This document shows positions 14,018-26,026 of a DNA stretch of 64,000 nucleotides, one piece after another (the first letter of the stretch is position 1; each line of letters begins with the position of its first letter). Origin of the DNA: Octopus sinensis (lineage: Eukaryota); contig NC_043007.1 in assembly GCF_006345805.1 (NCBI RefSeq), positions 68,572,001 to 68,636,000 of the forward strand. The letters run 5' to 3'. Below the pieces are notes generated by a model that was not told where the DNA came from, did not search any database, and was given only the letters and a program-made list of their open reading frames with translations. The translations under genes were made by a program, and so were the position numbers.

Positions 14018-14200
14018 GCCATGATTGACCGCTAAATCCCCAAGTTTTTTTTTTATTCTCTCTCTGTTATTTCCTCGTGTGCCATTCTGCTGAAGAGTGT
14101 AGGCTCGAAACGTAAAAGACTTTCTCACCGAGCGTCAAACTAATACACCTGTTTGTAGTTTATACACCTGTCTTCGTCTTCTGTTTTCCTGTAAATTTCA
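14013..14200 (+). mobile_element. Short element in TA array, Penelope pLTR-like, with hammerhead-like motif
   Basis: Unique island between (TA)n arrays containing ctgaagag-tgtagg-ctcgaaacgta; family assignment is inference. Confidence 0.4.
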
Positions 14201-14229
14201 GCTATATATATATATATATATATATATAG

Positions 14230-14263
<34 letters not shown>

Positions 14264-14753
14264 ACATATATACATATATAACACATACACTCACACATAC
14301 AAACACACACGCAGGCATGCGGACGCGTACACACGCACACGCACGTACACGCAGGCACACGCATGCGTGCATACACACACACGTATATCACTCAATTTTT
14401 TAGGATAAGTTGCTTTAAATATGGCATATATTATCATATAAATAATATATAATTATAATTATTATTGAAAAGTACCAATTTGTCGGTCTTCTCCGTAATT
14501 TAAAGCCTTAAATTTTGTTTACAAATTTATGAATACATATACTAGACTAAAATTATCTATACGTTAAAACTGGCTGAAATTAATGGGCGCGCTATGTGGT
14601 TGAATTGGGGGCGTACGGAACCATATAAACATGATATCGTGTTCAATTCCCAGTGGTTCGGCCCATCTTTTTTCAGTCAATTGTTTAGGTTTAGTCGCTT
14701 TAAATGGAGCATATATTATTATATATATAACTATAGTTTTTATTTAGAAGGGC

Positions 14754-15135
14754 AAGGCGGCTAGCTGGCAGAATCGTTAACACGCCGTATTTCGTCTGTC
14801 GTTACGTTCCAAGTTCAAATTCCGCCGAGGTCGACTATGCCTTTCATCCTTTCGAGGTCGATAAATTAAGTACCAGTTACGCACTGGGGTCGATGTAATC
14901 GATTTAATACCTATGTCTGTCCTTGTTTGTCCCCTCTATGCCTAGCCCCTTGTAGGTAATAAAGAAATAGGTATTTCGTCTGTCTTTACGTTCTGAGTTC
15001 AAATTCCGCCGAGGTCGATTTTGACTTTCATCCTTTTAGTGTCAATAAATTAAGTACCAGTTGCGTACTGAGGTTGATCTAATCGACTGCCCCCACCCCA
15101 TAAGTTTCGGACCTTGTGCCTAGAACAGAAAAGTA
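14754..15135 (+). mobile_element. Dimeric SINE family A variant
   Basis: Head+core, linker aatacctatgtctgtccttg..aagaaataggtatt, second core, tail; same layout at 40862-41250. Confidence 0.88.
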
Positions 15136-15639
15136 TGTGTTTCGATCTTCTTAATTTACAGCCTTGGGTTTTGTTTACAAATTTATAATCGAATGTATCA
15201 CTTATTTTTTTAAAGCATGATACTTATTCTATTGGTCTAGGTTTACATTTATTACGTAGGCACATTAAATTTCTTTTAAAACATTTTATTACATTTAAAT
15301 TCCTGTCTTAAGCTTAACTAAATTAGCATAGAATAATGGTTTCATATTTTTTTTATAATTAAGATCTAAATTGTTGATATATGAATGCGAAAGAGATTGA
15401 TGAATAACTGTAAACCTGCTTTTGGGCCACCCTATACATATGTGTCACTGTACACGCTGTATACGTACTAGAAGAAAGAGAGCAACACATTGCATAGAAG
15501 ATATAAAGAGTAGTTCAATGGAAAATCCGTTACAGCATAAAACATCAAGTAATGGATGTTTAAGTCGCAAAGTTTTCATCACTTTCTCTGACTCTTCTCT
15601 CTGTCTGCCTGTCTGTCAGCCTCTCACTGTCTGCTCTTA

Positions 15640-15648
15640 TATACATTT

Positions 15649-15679
<31 letters not shown>

Positions 15680-15797
15680 ATTATGAATATATGGATGTAT
15701 GATATATATGCATATATATATATATATATATATTTATGTAAAAATATATATATAATATATATTATTATATATATAAAAATATATATATATATATATG

Positions 15798-15845
<48 letters not shown>

Positions 15846-15915
15846 TATATATTATATAATATATATATATATATTGTAGAAATATGTTACAATAGTAGAA
15901 ATATGTATGTTATTA

Positions 15916-15961
<46 letters not shown>

Positions 15962-16865
15962 ATAAATGTGTATATACACTCATAGACATGCACACATACA
16001 TAAACACATACACATAAATGTATATAAATATTGCGAGAGAGAAGGAGAACGAGAGAAAAATGTATAGACGTACGCATTCGTGTGTGTATGTGTGTGTGTG
16101 TATGTGTAAATATATATACTTCGTCTTTCACATTGGCAGTATGTAAAATTTCTATTGTATTCAAATCACGATTTATAAATAAAGAAGTAAGAATGGAACA
16201 TTAGAAGCAATCAAGAATAATATGTTTTATAAATTCTAGAGTCAATATTTTGACATTTTCTCTAACCCACTTTTTGCTTGCATTTGAAAGGTATATTAGC
16301 TTGTAGCATATATATATATATATGTATGTGTGCGTGTGTGTATGTATGTGTGTTTGTGTTTGTGTACATATATATATATATATATATATACTTTCATAAT
16401 TATATATATACATGTATACATATATACATAGACACATAGATACATACACACACACACGAACACACACATATATACGTATATTTACAAAATATACTTGCAT
16501 ATATACACGTATATTTATATATATATATACATATATGCATATGCCTATATATATGTGTGTGTGTTTGTATGTATGCAGTCATATTTTTTGTATATTTATA
16601 TACATAAATCTATATATATATATATATACATACATAAATAAATATATATATAGACATATACGTATATATATATATATATATACTATATATATTATATATT
16701 AATATATATATATATACATGCATAAGTGTGTATGTACACACACGCAACTACAAATACATCCATCCAAACATATATACATATACCAATATATATACATAGA
16801 ATCATACATATATACATATATACATATATATCTATATCTATATCTATATCTATCTATCTACCTAT

Positions 16866-16909
<44 letters not shown>

Positions 16910-17033
16910 GTATATACAATTCACATCAGGTTGTAATATATAGAAGTATAACTAGTATATATACATATATATATATCTATATCTATATGTATCTATCTAT
17001 CTATAAATCTATCTATCTATCCATCTATCTACC

Positions 17034-17076
<43 letters not shown>

Positions 17077-17093
17077 TATATATTATATAATAT

Positions 17094-17140
<47 letters not shown>
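15640..17140. repeat. Large compound TA/TG/TATC microsatellite field
   Basis: Direct reading. Confidence 0.9.
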
Positions 17141-17142
<2 letters not shown>

Positions 17143-17780
17143 GTATATACAATTCACATCAGGTGTAATATAAATAAGTATGCCTCAGAAATCTCTGTCC
17201 ATTTTCTTTCTTCTCTCTCTAATGCTAGCGACTAAAACTGAAGCTAGATTAGGATGTAATTACTATGTAACTTTTCTTCATACGTGGAATCATTTGAGAC
17301 AAATGGCCTTATGACAATTCAAACGATGCGGCGTCTTATTTGTCAGAACCAATATAGAAAGATTAGCTTTAAATAACAACTCTTCTGCCAGAGTTAATGC
17401 ATATGACATACCAGTAAATATATCGAACATAGTTGAAAATCCTGTGATTGGACTTTATTTTCTGGTTTTCTATTTTAAGAAGGTTATGAAGCCTCGATCC
17501 TTACAAAGATATCAAATGTGTTTATATCTATCCAGCTTTCTGGAATTAGCAATGTGGCTTGTGACTATGTAGAAATAATAGAGTATTAGACGAAATACAT
17601 TAAGTATTTACTGCTTTCCGCCGATCAATATGTGTAAATTATTATTGTTCGGATTTTTCTGGGGAGGAATTTTTCTTTTGTGAATCTCATCCCGATAAAA
17701 TACTTATTGCATAATTTTATCAAGTCTTTCATTTATACTTCACTGATTGCCATGGAGTAAGTGCCAGAGCCTGGGTATTC

Positions 17781-18110
17781 AATGTGCACCCCTTTCTGTC
17801 AACTCTGTAATGTGCTCCTCCTTCTCCCAGTCCTAAAATGTACCTTCTTTCTTCCGGGTGTAATTTGTGCTTTCTTTTCCATATCGGTAATGCGCATCTT
17901 CTTCAGTCAGTTCTACTGTAGGTCTGCTACTGCCATCTCTACAAAATGAACATTCTTCTTCACCTCTGAAATATGTGCACACTTCTCCTAACCATACAAT
18001 ATGTACTCTTTCTCCCAGCCCTATAATGTGCGTTCTCTTTTCCCACCTCTAGAGTATCCACCCTTTCCCCTAGGTTTATAGTGTGTACTCCCTTCTGCTA
18101 CATGTGTGAG
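17781..18110. repeat. Degenerate minisatellite of about 27 bp period
   Basis: About 12 units resembling aatgtgcacNcyttctcccagycctat. Confidence 0.7.
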
Positions 18111-18943
18111 CATGACACGTGCATTATTCCAACTGAATGACAATATATCCTCAATCTGTTTGCGGTCGAAGGCTGCAAAAACAGGGTTATTAGTTGTTGA
18201 CTAATTGCTCCGTTCCGGCAAACTTCTCACATATATTTGCTCTGTGAATCATAAGAGATCGGCATTGTCTCTCTTGTGTTTACATATGAATTATATTGTA
18301 CTGTTTTTCTCTTTCACCTGAGTAGTATTAGCAGAATGTCGTTCTTTAATATACGTGTTCTGTGTGTCAAACCTTAGTTTTGATCCTGTAATTTCTGACT
18401 CTAACTATTCACTTCTCATCCGTCCTTGATCAATAACAAATGATGTATCAATAATAAACTCAACAGATTAAATCAAGAACATTCAGAATCCTTCTAATAT
18501 TGATTTCTTGTCTAGTCAACGTAATGTCTCAGTTACTTTCATCTTACCAGCTCTGACTGTATCAGAGATAACTGCATTTACCAATATATAATGAATAACA
18601 CAATAAATATATTTCTCACTTAAAGAATATCTATTTTTGTATTTCTGCTCCTTTAAAGTTCTACACTCTTTATTCATATGCAGCAGAATATTACACATAT
18701 GAAATCAAAGAAAAGTAGATACACTAGAGCTCCAAAGATATATTTGCGTCTGTGCTTAAATTCATTAAAGCATTAAGGAAATGTACTTTCCGTTTCTACA
18801 TATCGCAGGTAGTCGATAAAATAAGTATCAGCTTCTATATCAAGACTGAATGTTAATTTTATCGAACTGCTGATATTCATTTGGAATATGCGATGAGTTA
18901 TTTTTACACCTGCATTTGTATGCTTACATTATTAGTATTGTCG

Positions 18944-19160
18944 TAAGGCAGCGAGCTGGTAGAATCGTTAACACGCAGGGCAAAATGCTGAGCTGCATTT
19001 CGCCGTTCTTTACGTTCTGGGTTCAAGCCGAGGTCGACTTTGCCTTTCATCGTTTCTAGGTCGGTAAGATAAGTATCAGTTGAGCACTGGGGGTCTATGT
19101 AATCGACTTACCCTTTCCCCAGAAACTAATGGCCTTGTGCCAAAATTTGAAGCATTGTCA
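18944..19160 (+). mobile_element. SINE family A
   Basis: taaggcagcgagctggtagaatcgttaacacg head; gccgaggtcgactttgcctttcatc core. Confidence 0.88.
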
Positions 19161-19792
19161 TAACAGGTGTAGTTTGGCCTTTCATTCGACCCAAATCGTG
19201 AGAATAAAACTGGGTGAATGGAAACTGTACTTAAGATCATCGAGTGAATTATACTGGCAATTAAAAAAGTGTAGGATTTCCACACACTGTCACTTTGGCC
19301 TTGCTTGACAAATTACGTTAGGGGCGCATGTGTTTGTGGAATACTCAGCCACGTACATATAAATTCAGGAGCAGGTAATTCGGCTGCGTGATCAACTCAA
19401 TCTTCATCGTGAAAAAAGACGGGGATCCACCGCCATATATTTTTCGCCGCATAACTGCTCTGCTTCACAAGCAGTAATGTTATCTTCATCATCTTTCAGC
19501 CACTTCCCAATCACTGATAAATGAAAATTCAGCATTAATATCCTGATCTATTTCTACAGACAGAAGACGGAACTACTCATCCCGCCCAATTACATGTTCC
19601 ACTGACTGCAGATTAGCCCCAGTTAATGACATCTATTTCGAACGGGAAATCAAAACTTCCCACGCAAAGAAGCACTGGATATCTTCTCCGACGCTGAAAA
19701 CGTTCAGCTCATTCACAACATTTCGATTGGCATTTATTTATTTTTTTTATGTATGTATGTACGTGTGCATACATGCACATACATACTTACAT

Positions 19793-19827
<35 letters not shown>

Positions 19828-19842
19828 AATATCTATATATCT

Positions 19843-19905
<63 letters not shown>

Positions 19906-20569
19906 ATGTATGTATGTATGTATGTATAATAAATATTTAGGCACAGGTAGTCCACAAGCATGATCTCAGCCCTGGCTTGAAACCAGTAAAAGATTATATA
20001 TATAAATCCCAAAAGCGGAACAAGTACGTAACGGACAACAATGAAAACATACGGTCATATGGACGATACAAAGAGGAACAGGAAAAACCAGAAAGGAACA
20101 TTCGTCGCTTTCTATTCATCAGTTATGCTTCCAATCATCATTACAGTTTCGGCCTGTTACACTTGTGACTGTTCAAAATTGATGGGTGACAAAAATCTAA
20201 GCTAAGGGCATTAAATTTTTAAAAGAAAGCGATAGATTATGTGCGACAACTCGGACAAAAAAAACGAGAAAACGGGGAAAATGTTACACGATTACAAATA
20301 CAAACAAGAATAACAGCAGGTGTCCTACGACTAAAAAGACAAGTTAAGTTAAGCTGGCGTGTTGGCACTCCTTTTCTTTAATCTCTCTACTTTCCTTTGT
20401 TATCTCCCTTGTACATTTCCCTCTGCCTCCCTCTCTCTTTCACTCTCTCTCTCTCATACACTCTCTCTAGTTCCTTCCTTAATTCTTCAATCCCCATGCT
20501 CCCTCTCTCCCTCTGTTCCTCCAATCTGTCCACAACTTCTGCATTTATCACTGTCTGATGTGTTTGCCT

Positions 20570-21250
20570 ATTCTATATTTGATGTAATTGGTTCGTAATG
20601 CTTGCTCTTGGGCAGCACAGATTAGAACCTCCGTTTCCGGTTTTAAATCACTTTTAGTCATCCATTAACATCTTTTTTCTCTGTCTATCTTATTTTCAAC
20701 ATCCCTATGAAATTGTCCATGCATTCTCTTCTTCATCCAACTATTTTCAGTTTCATTCATTCTCAAGTCCTCGTAAAGTACTTTATATTTGCAATCTTCC
20801 ATCCTACACAATCCTTACCTTCTTACTTCCAATAATAGCGAGTCTGTGGCATGTTTTACATACCATAATATGTTGTGTCCTTGTGCTCTAATACTGTGTT
20901 CGTATCCAATCAGTCCTCTTCCCCCTCTTTTTCTTAGTACACACAGTCTGTCTGTGTCCCTTTTTGGGTGGAATATCCCATATCTAGTCAGCGACGTCCT
21001 TTTCTTTACCCTGCTCCATATCTAAGGATTGAAACCGACCAGATTTTGATAGCTTCAATCTTATTCCGTCCATTTAATTTCGACTTAAAGATCAGTCTCA
21101 GTCTGGGAAAGTACTCCACCTTAAATTTTTCTATCATTTCTTTCTCCATCAACTTATCCATTTCCAGTATCCCTAAGTAATTATAGCCCGTCTCTTCTAT
21201 CTGCTTCATAACCTCTCCCGACGGTATCGCTAGGTCGTCCATACATTTGA
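20570..21250 (-). pseudogene. Older R4/Dong fragment (RT C-terminal region)
   Basis: YNYLGILE, KSKLNGRNKIEAI, RDTDRLCVLRKRGGRGL, LKPETEVLICAAQEQALRTNY. Confidence 0.88.
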
Positions 21251-21365
21251 TTTCCCCCTCTCTCTTTTCATTATTATTATTATTATAATTATCATCATTA
21301 TTATTATTATTATAATTATCATCATTATTATTATTATTATAATTATCATCATTATTATTATAATT

Positions 21366-21906
21366 ATATGTTTGACTTTTGCTTTATATTTGTACAATCT
21401 GGCTCCAAGTCTCACCCAGAGACCTCAAGAGACAACAAGATGGAAGTTCATGTTGGTGTTATGCCTAGGGTGCCATATATTTGGTTTTGTACTTAGTGTT
21501 GTACAAGTGAATGCCTAAAAAAACCATACGAAAATTATGTTTGTTTTAAAACTTGAGATTACAAAGAAAGTATTTTGCGTAGGATATGAGCAGTTCCCAT
21601 GAGCACTATCTTTTGAATTTCTGCCATTTTTGGGTTTCCTGGTATCTGCGTTAGGTAGCAATCAGCCCCTTTTGCTATCATTCCCAGGGCACCCATGACA
21701 ACAGGTATTGTCCTAGTCTTCAGGTTCCACATTTTGCTGATTTCTATTTCTAGATCTTTATATTTGCTCAGTTTTTGGTAGGTCTTGACAGATACGTTTA
21801 TATCAATTGGGACAGTCATATCAATGAAGAGGCATGTTTTTTGTCTGAAGTCTTTTACTATAATGTCTGGCCTATTCGCGTCTATCTTTCTGTCAGTTTG
21901 AATGGT
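21366..21906 (-). mobile_element. Short 5'-truncated R4/Dong copy (RLE plus 3' UTR)
   Basis: TDRKIDANRPDIIVKD..IDM..KYKDLEIEI..HILRKILSL stop; close to the 9.2 kb copy; (TAA)n at both ends. Confidence 0.95.
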
Positions 21907-21919
21907 TATTATTATTATG

Positions 21920-23600
21920 TTTTTTCCTTCTTTCTTCAAATTTTCTTCCGTTTCTCGCCCAGTGTTTTCCATACATCTAGGGCAGAGAAGGGCATTGTAT
22001 GCATTCGCAGATTACACGCGCAAATTCACAGATAAAATATGTATTTAAAAATTAATAAATAAATAAATTCCTGGATGGATGTTATTTTCACAGCGATAGT
22101 GCTCTTCTCAGTACATGAGCCGTTCCAGTTAATACGATTTTTTGCACTTCCTGTAGGGATGGTAAGCCTGGAATCATTTTCAAATAGGTTTCAGTACCTT
22201 TTTTTATCATTCCTAGAGATCCTACAATCACTGGTACTGTAGTCGCCTTGAGATGCCACATTTTTTCAATTTCCATTAGCCGGTCTTTATATTTACTAAT
22301 CTTGTCAAATTCTTTCGCCGCTATATTGTGATCACAGGGAATACTCATGTCAAGTAATAAACACATCCTTTTTGTCCGATCTTTTATAATAATATCCGCT
22401 TTATTGGCTTTTATAGTCCTGTCGATCTGCACGGGGAAGTCCCATAGAATCGACACATTTTCTCCCTCAGTCACAGCTTCAGGATGATGTTTTATACCAT
22501 TTGTCAGCGGTTTTGATTTTATAATGCCGACATATTGTCCAGTGTCATGTCTTGCTTTATATTCTGCAGGTGCTAAGACTCTACACCCTGAAATTAGGTG
22601 GTCTATTGTTTCAATCTCATCGTTGCAGAATCGGCATTTTGGGTCAGCTCCATTTTTCATCACATTGGCTTGGTAGTTCCGGGTAAATAAGCTTTGGTCT
22701 TGAGCAGCTAATATGAAACCTTCACTCTCTGCTTTTAGCCCTGAACTTCGTAACCATTGGTGCGTGTGTTTCATCATCTTTGCCATATAGCTTTAAGTCA
22801 TCCATATAAAATAGATGGCTTATTTTCTTGTCAATTATGTAGCCATATCCTGTTCTATTCAGTTCACTTGAGAGTGGTATTAGTGCTATGCCGAATATTA
22901 GTGGTGAAAGTGAGTCACCTTGGAAAATTCCACAGTTTATGCTAATGTTGTTTGAGTGCAATACTCCATTAGAATGATATAATTGGAGTTTCGTGTTCCT
23001 TAGTGACATATTATACTTTAAAAAATCTGAAACCACAGGAGAAATTTTGAAAATGTCCAGCGATTTCAGAATCCACGAATGTGGTATGCTGTCCAAGGCT
23101 TTTTTTATAATCAATCCATGAAGAGCTGAGATTTCTGCGCTTGTTATGGCAGTTCTCAAGGATCATACAATTAATTAAGAGCTGATATTTGCATCCGTAT
23201 GAGCCTCGTCTGCATCCCTTTTATTCAGTAGGAAAGAGGTTATTTCCTTTCATAAACGTATATATTTTCTCCACTAGAATAGATGTCAATATCTTATAGG
23301 TAGTAGATAAACATGTTATAGGCCGATAGTTTTTTGGGTCTTTCGTTTTGTTATTTTGGGGGAGGAGGTAAGTAATACCCTTTGCCTTCCAATGTGGTGT
23401 TTTTTTCGGGTCTTTCATAATACTATTAAATAGTATTACTAACATTTTGTGTGCGGACGAGAGTGATGAGAGCCAGAAATTTGGTACTCTATCAATACTA
23501 GGGGATTTCCACTTATGAGCCTTTGTTAGTTCTCTCCTTAGGTCGGCGATTGAGATGTCTTCCCATACCTGTTCTTGTAGATGTTTTAGATTTTTTTGTT
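21920..23600 (-). mobile_element. R4/Dong copy with internal deletion (RT N-half joined to knuckle-RLE)
   Basis: KSPSIDRVPNFW, NYRPITCL, KALDSIPHSWI, GIFQGDSLSP, YMDDLKLYG joined directly to THQWLRSSGLK, CRFC..ETIDHL, KADII.KD; different 3' UTR from the neighbouring copy. Confidence 0.93.
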
Positions 23601-23601
23601 T

Positions 23602-23700
23602 TACTTGATAGCTGAAAAAAACCCAGATGGCACGGCACCGTAGCAAACCCGGTACGCATGCAAGACTTCAGGAGTTGTAACAAAAGCTATGATGAAAAGA

Positions 23701-23774
<74 letters not shown>

Positions 23775-23782
23775 TGATGATG

Positions 23783-23839
<57 letters not shown>

Positions 23840-23962
23840 TATTATTATTATTTCTTTTCATCACAGCTTTTGTTACAACTCCTGAAGTCTTGCATGCGTA
23901 CCGGGTTTGCTACTTGTTGCCTACGGTGACGTGCTATCTGTTTTTTTTTCTGCTATCAAGTA
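23602..23962. repeat. Foldback with unique arms converging on an (AAT)n/(ATT)n centre
   Basis: gtagcaaacccggtacgcatgcaagacttcaggagttgtaacaaaagct.tgatgaaaagaaataataat is mirrored at about 23840-23913 with 1 mismatch; outer extension with an 11-bp indel. Confidence 0.95.
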
Positions 23963-24561
23963 CTTTCCTGATCAGTAAAGATTCTCCTATCTTCTATCAT
24001 ATATATATATATATTCAGTGGGGTATGTAAAATATCAAAACAAAATTGATCGACGATAATTGTGATTTCAATTAAAATAGGTTTTGAAACTCCCAAATCA
24101 TGTATGGTTGCTATAAATGCGGTTGTAAAACAGTTTGCTTGTGTGCTTGTGGTGTGTGTGTGTGTGTGTGTGTGTGTTTGTGTGTCTGTGTATGTATGTG
24201 TGTTTGTTTATGCGTGTGCGTGTAATTGGTGAAATCGTTCTTGAAGGCTACTGTCATAATACAATTACTTTCAACAGTCGTTTCATTTGGAATAAACATC
24301 ATTATTCTGTAACTGGATAATTAAGATACATAATTACCGAATATAAAGTTAATTTAAATACTAGCTAATTTATCCCAGCTACTTATAATATGATGACATG
24401 GCATAACCATGTTTATTTAATTTTAATGAATTATATCATATCAATTTATTTTATAGCTTCATAACGTACTTATGGAATTAATATATATCAGTAATTGAAA
24501 TAGCTGTTGAAAGCAATAATATAATGATCGACCTGTGAAAATTACAGTTTTTTGTAGGTTT

Positions 24562-24596
<35 letters not shown>

Positions 24597-24891
24597 TACT
24601 GCTGTCACCATTCCATTGGAACACAAGGACGGTTCCTTTTGATACCAGCAAGAAAGAATAATGAACTTCTTTACTACACGCAACTATAATATAGCGATTA
24701 TACCAACTACCGACAAAACACCACCACATGGATTCTATTGAGACCAATAAGAAACAACTATGAACTTTTCTATTGCACTTTTTATAATATTTTTGATAAG
24801 GTTCGTTTTTTCAAGAACCGAAACATGTAAAATTCATAAGAAAATTAAAATTTATCTAATATAGTGGCGTTTTCAAACTTCTTTTTTACAA

Positions 24892-24939
<48 letters not shown>

Positions 24940-25079
24940 CATTTGCGCACGCGTGTGAATGTGTATATATGTATATATATCTTTATGAGTGTATATACAT
25001 ATATATGCATTTATACAAGTATGTGTACATATATATATATACACACACATAATACATATATATATATGTATATATATAG

Positions 25080-25425
<346 letters not shown>

Positions 25426-25559
25426 GTATATATTCATACATATTTAAACTGACATCCATGTTACACCGACGACTGTTTTAGTTGATCCTACCAACAGAAA
25501 AACCTGGTCGTTATATTAATCTATACGTGGTTGAGTTTTCCACAAACGCGTTTACTCTT

Positions 25560-25760
25560 AATGTAGTTCTCAGGGAGATTCAGCTTGACACAGAATGCGA
25601 CAAGGCTGACCCCTTGAATTACGGGTACAGCTCCTTTATGCTAGCTGAGTGAACTCGAGCACTTGAAATAAAATGTCTTGCTCAAGGACACATCGTACCG
25701 ATACTAATCGAACTCCCAGCCTTACCGTCATAAGCAAAATACACCAACCACTGGGCCACT
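25560..25760 (-). mobile_element. Degenerate tRNA-derived SINE
   Basis: Reverse complement has agtggcccagtggttgg head and gtgtccttgagcaagacattt segment. Confidence 0.6.
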
Positions 25761-26026
25761 CATCTTCACCTTACTCACACACACACACACACAAACATGC
25801 ACACGCACACACAAACACGCACACACACACATTTAGACATAGGTCGCAGAGGCAGTATTGGCTGTGCGATCAGAAATATTTTTCCCAACCATATGGTTCC
25901 GGGGTAAGTCCCTCGCGCAAGTATCTTCTGTTATAGCCTCTCGGATCGACCAAAGCCTTGTAAGTGCATTTGGTACACGGTAGATGAAAGAAGCCTGTCG
26001 TATGCATGTATGAATATATGTATGTA

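Noticed and set aside
17781-18110. CRISPR-like array
   Set aside because: Units are contiguous and degenerate with no unique spacers; eukaryotic context and no cas genes.
24595-24750. Non-repetitive island after a TA array, possible Penelope fragment
   Set aside because: No diagnostic motif recognised.
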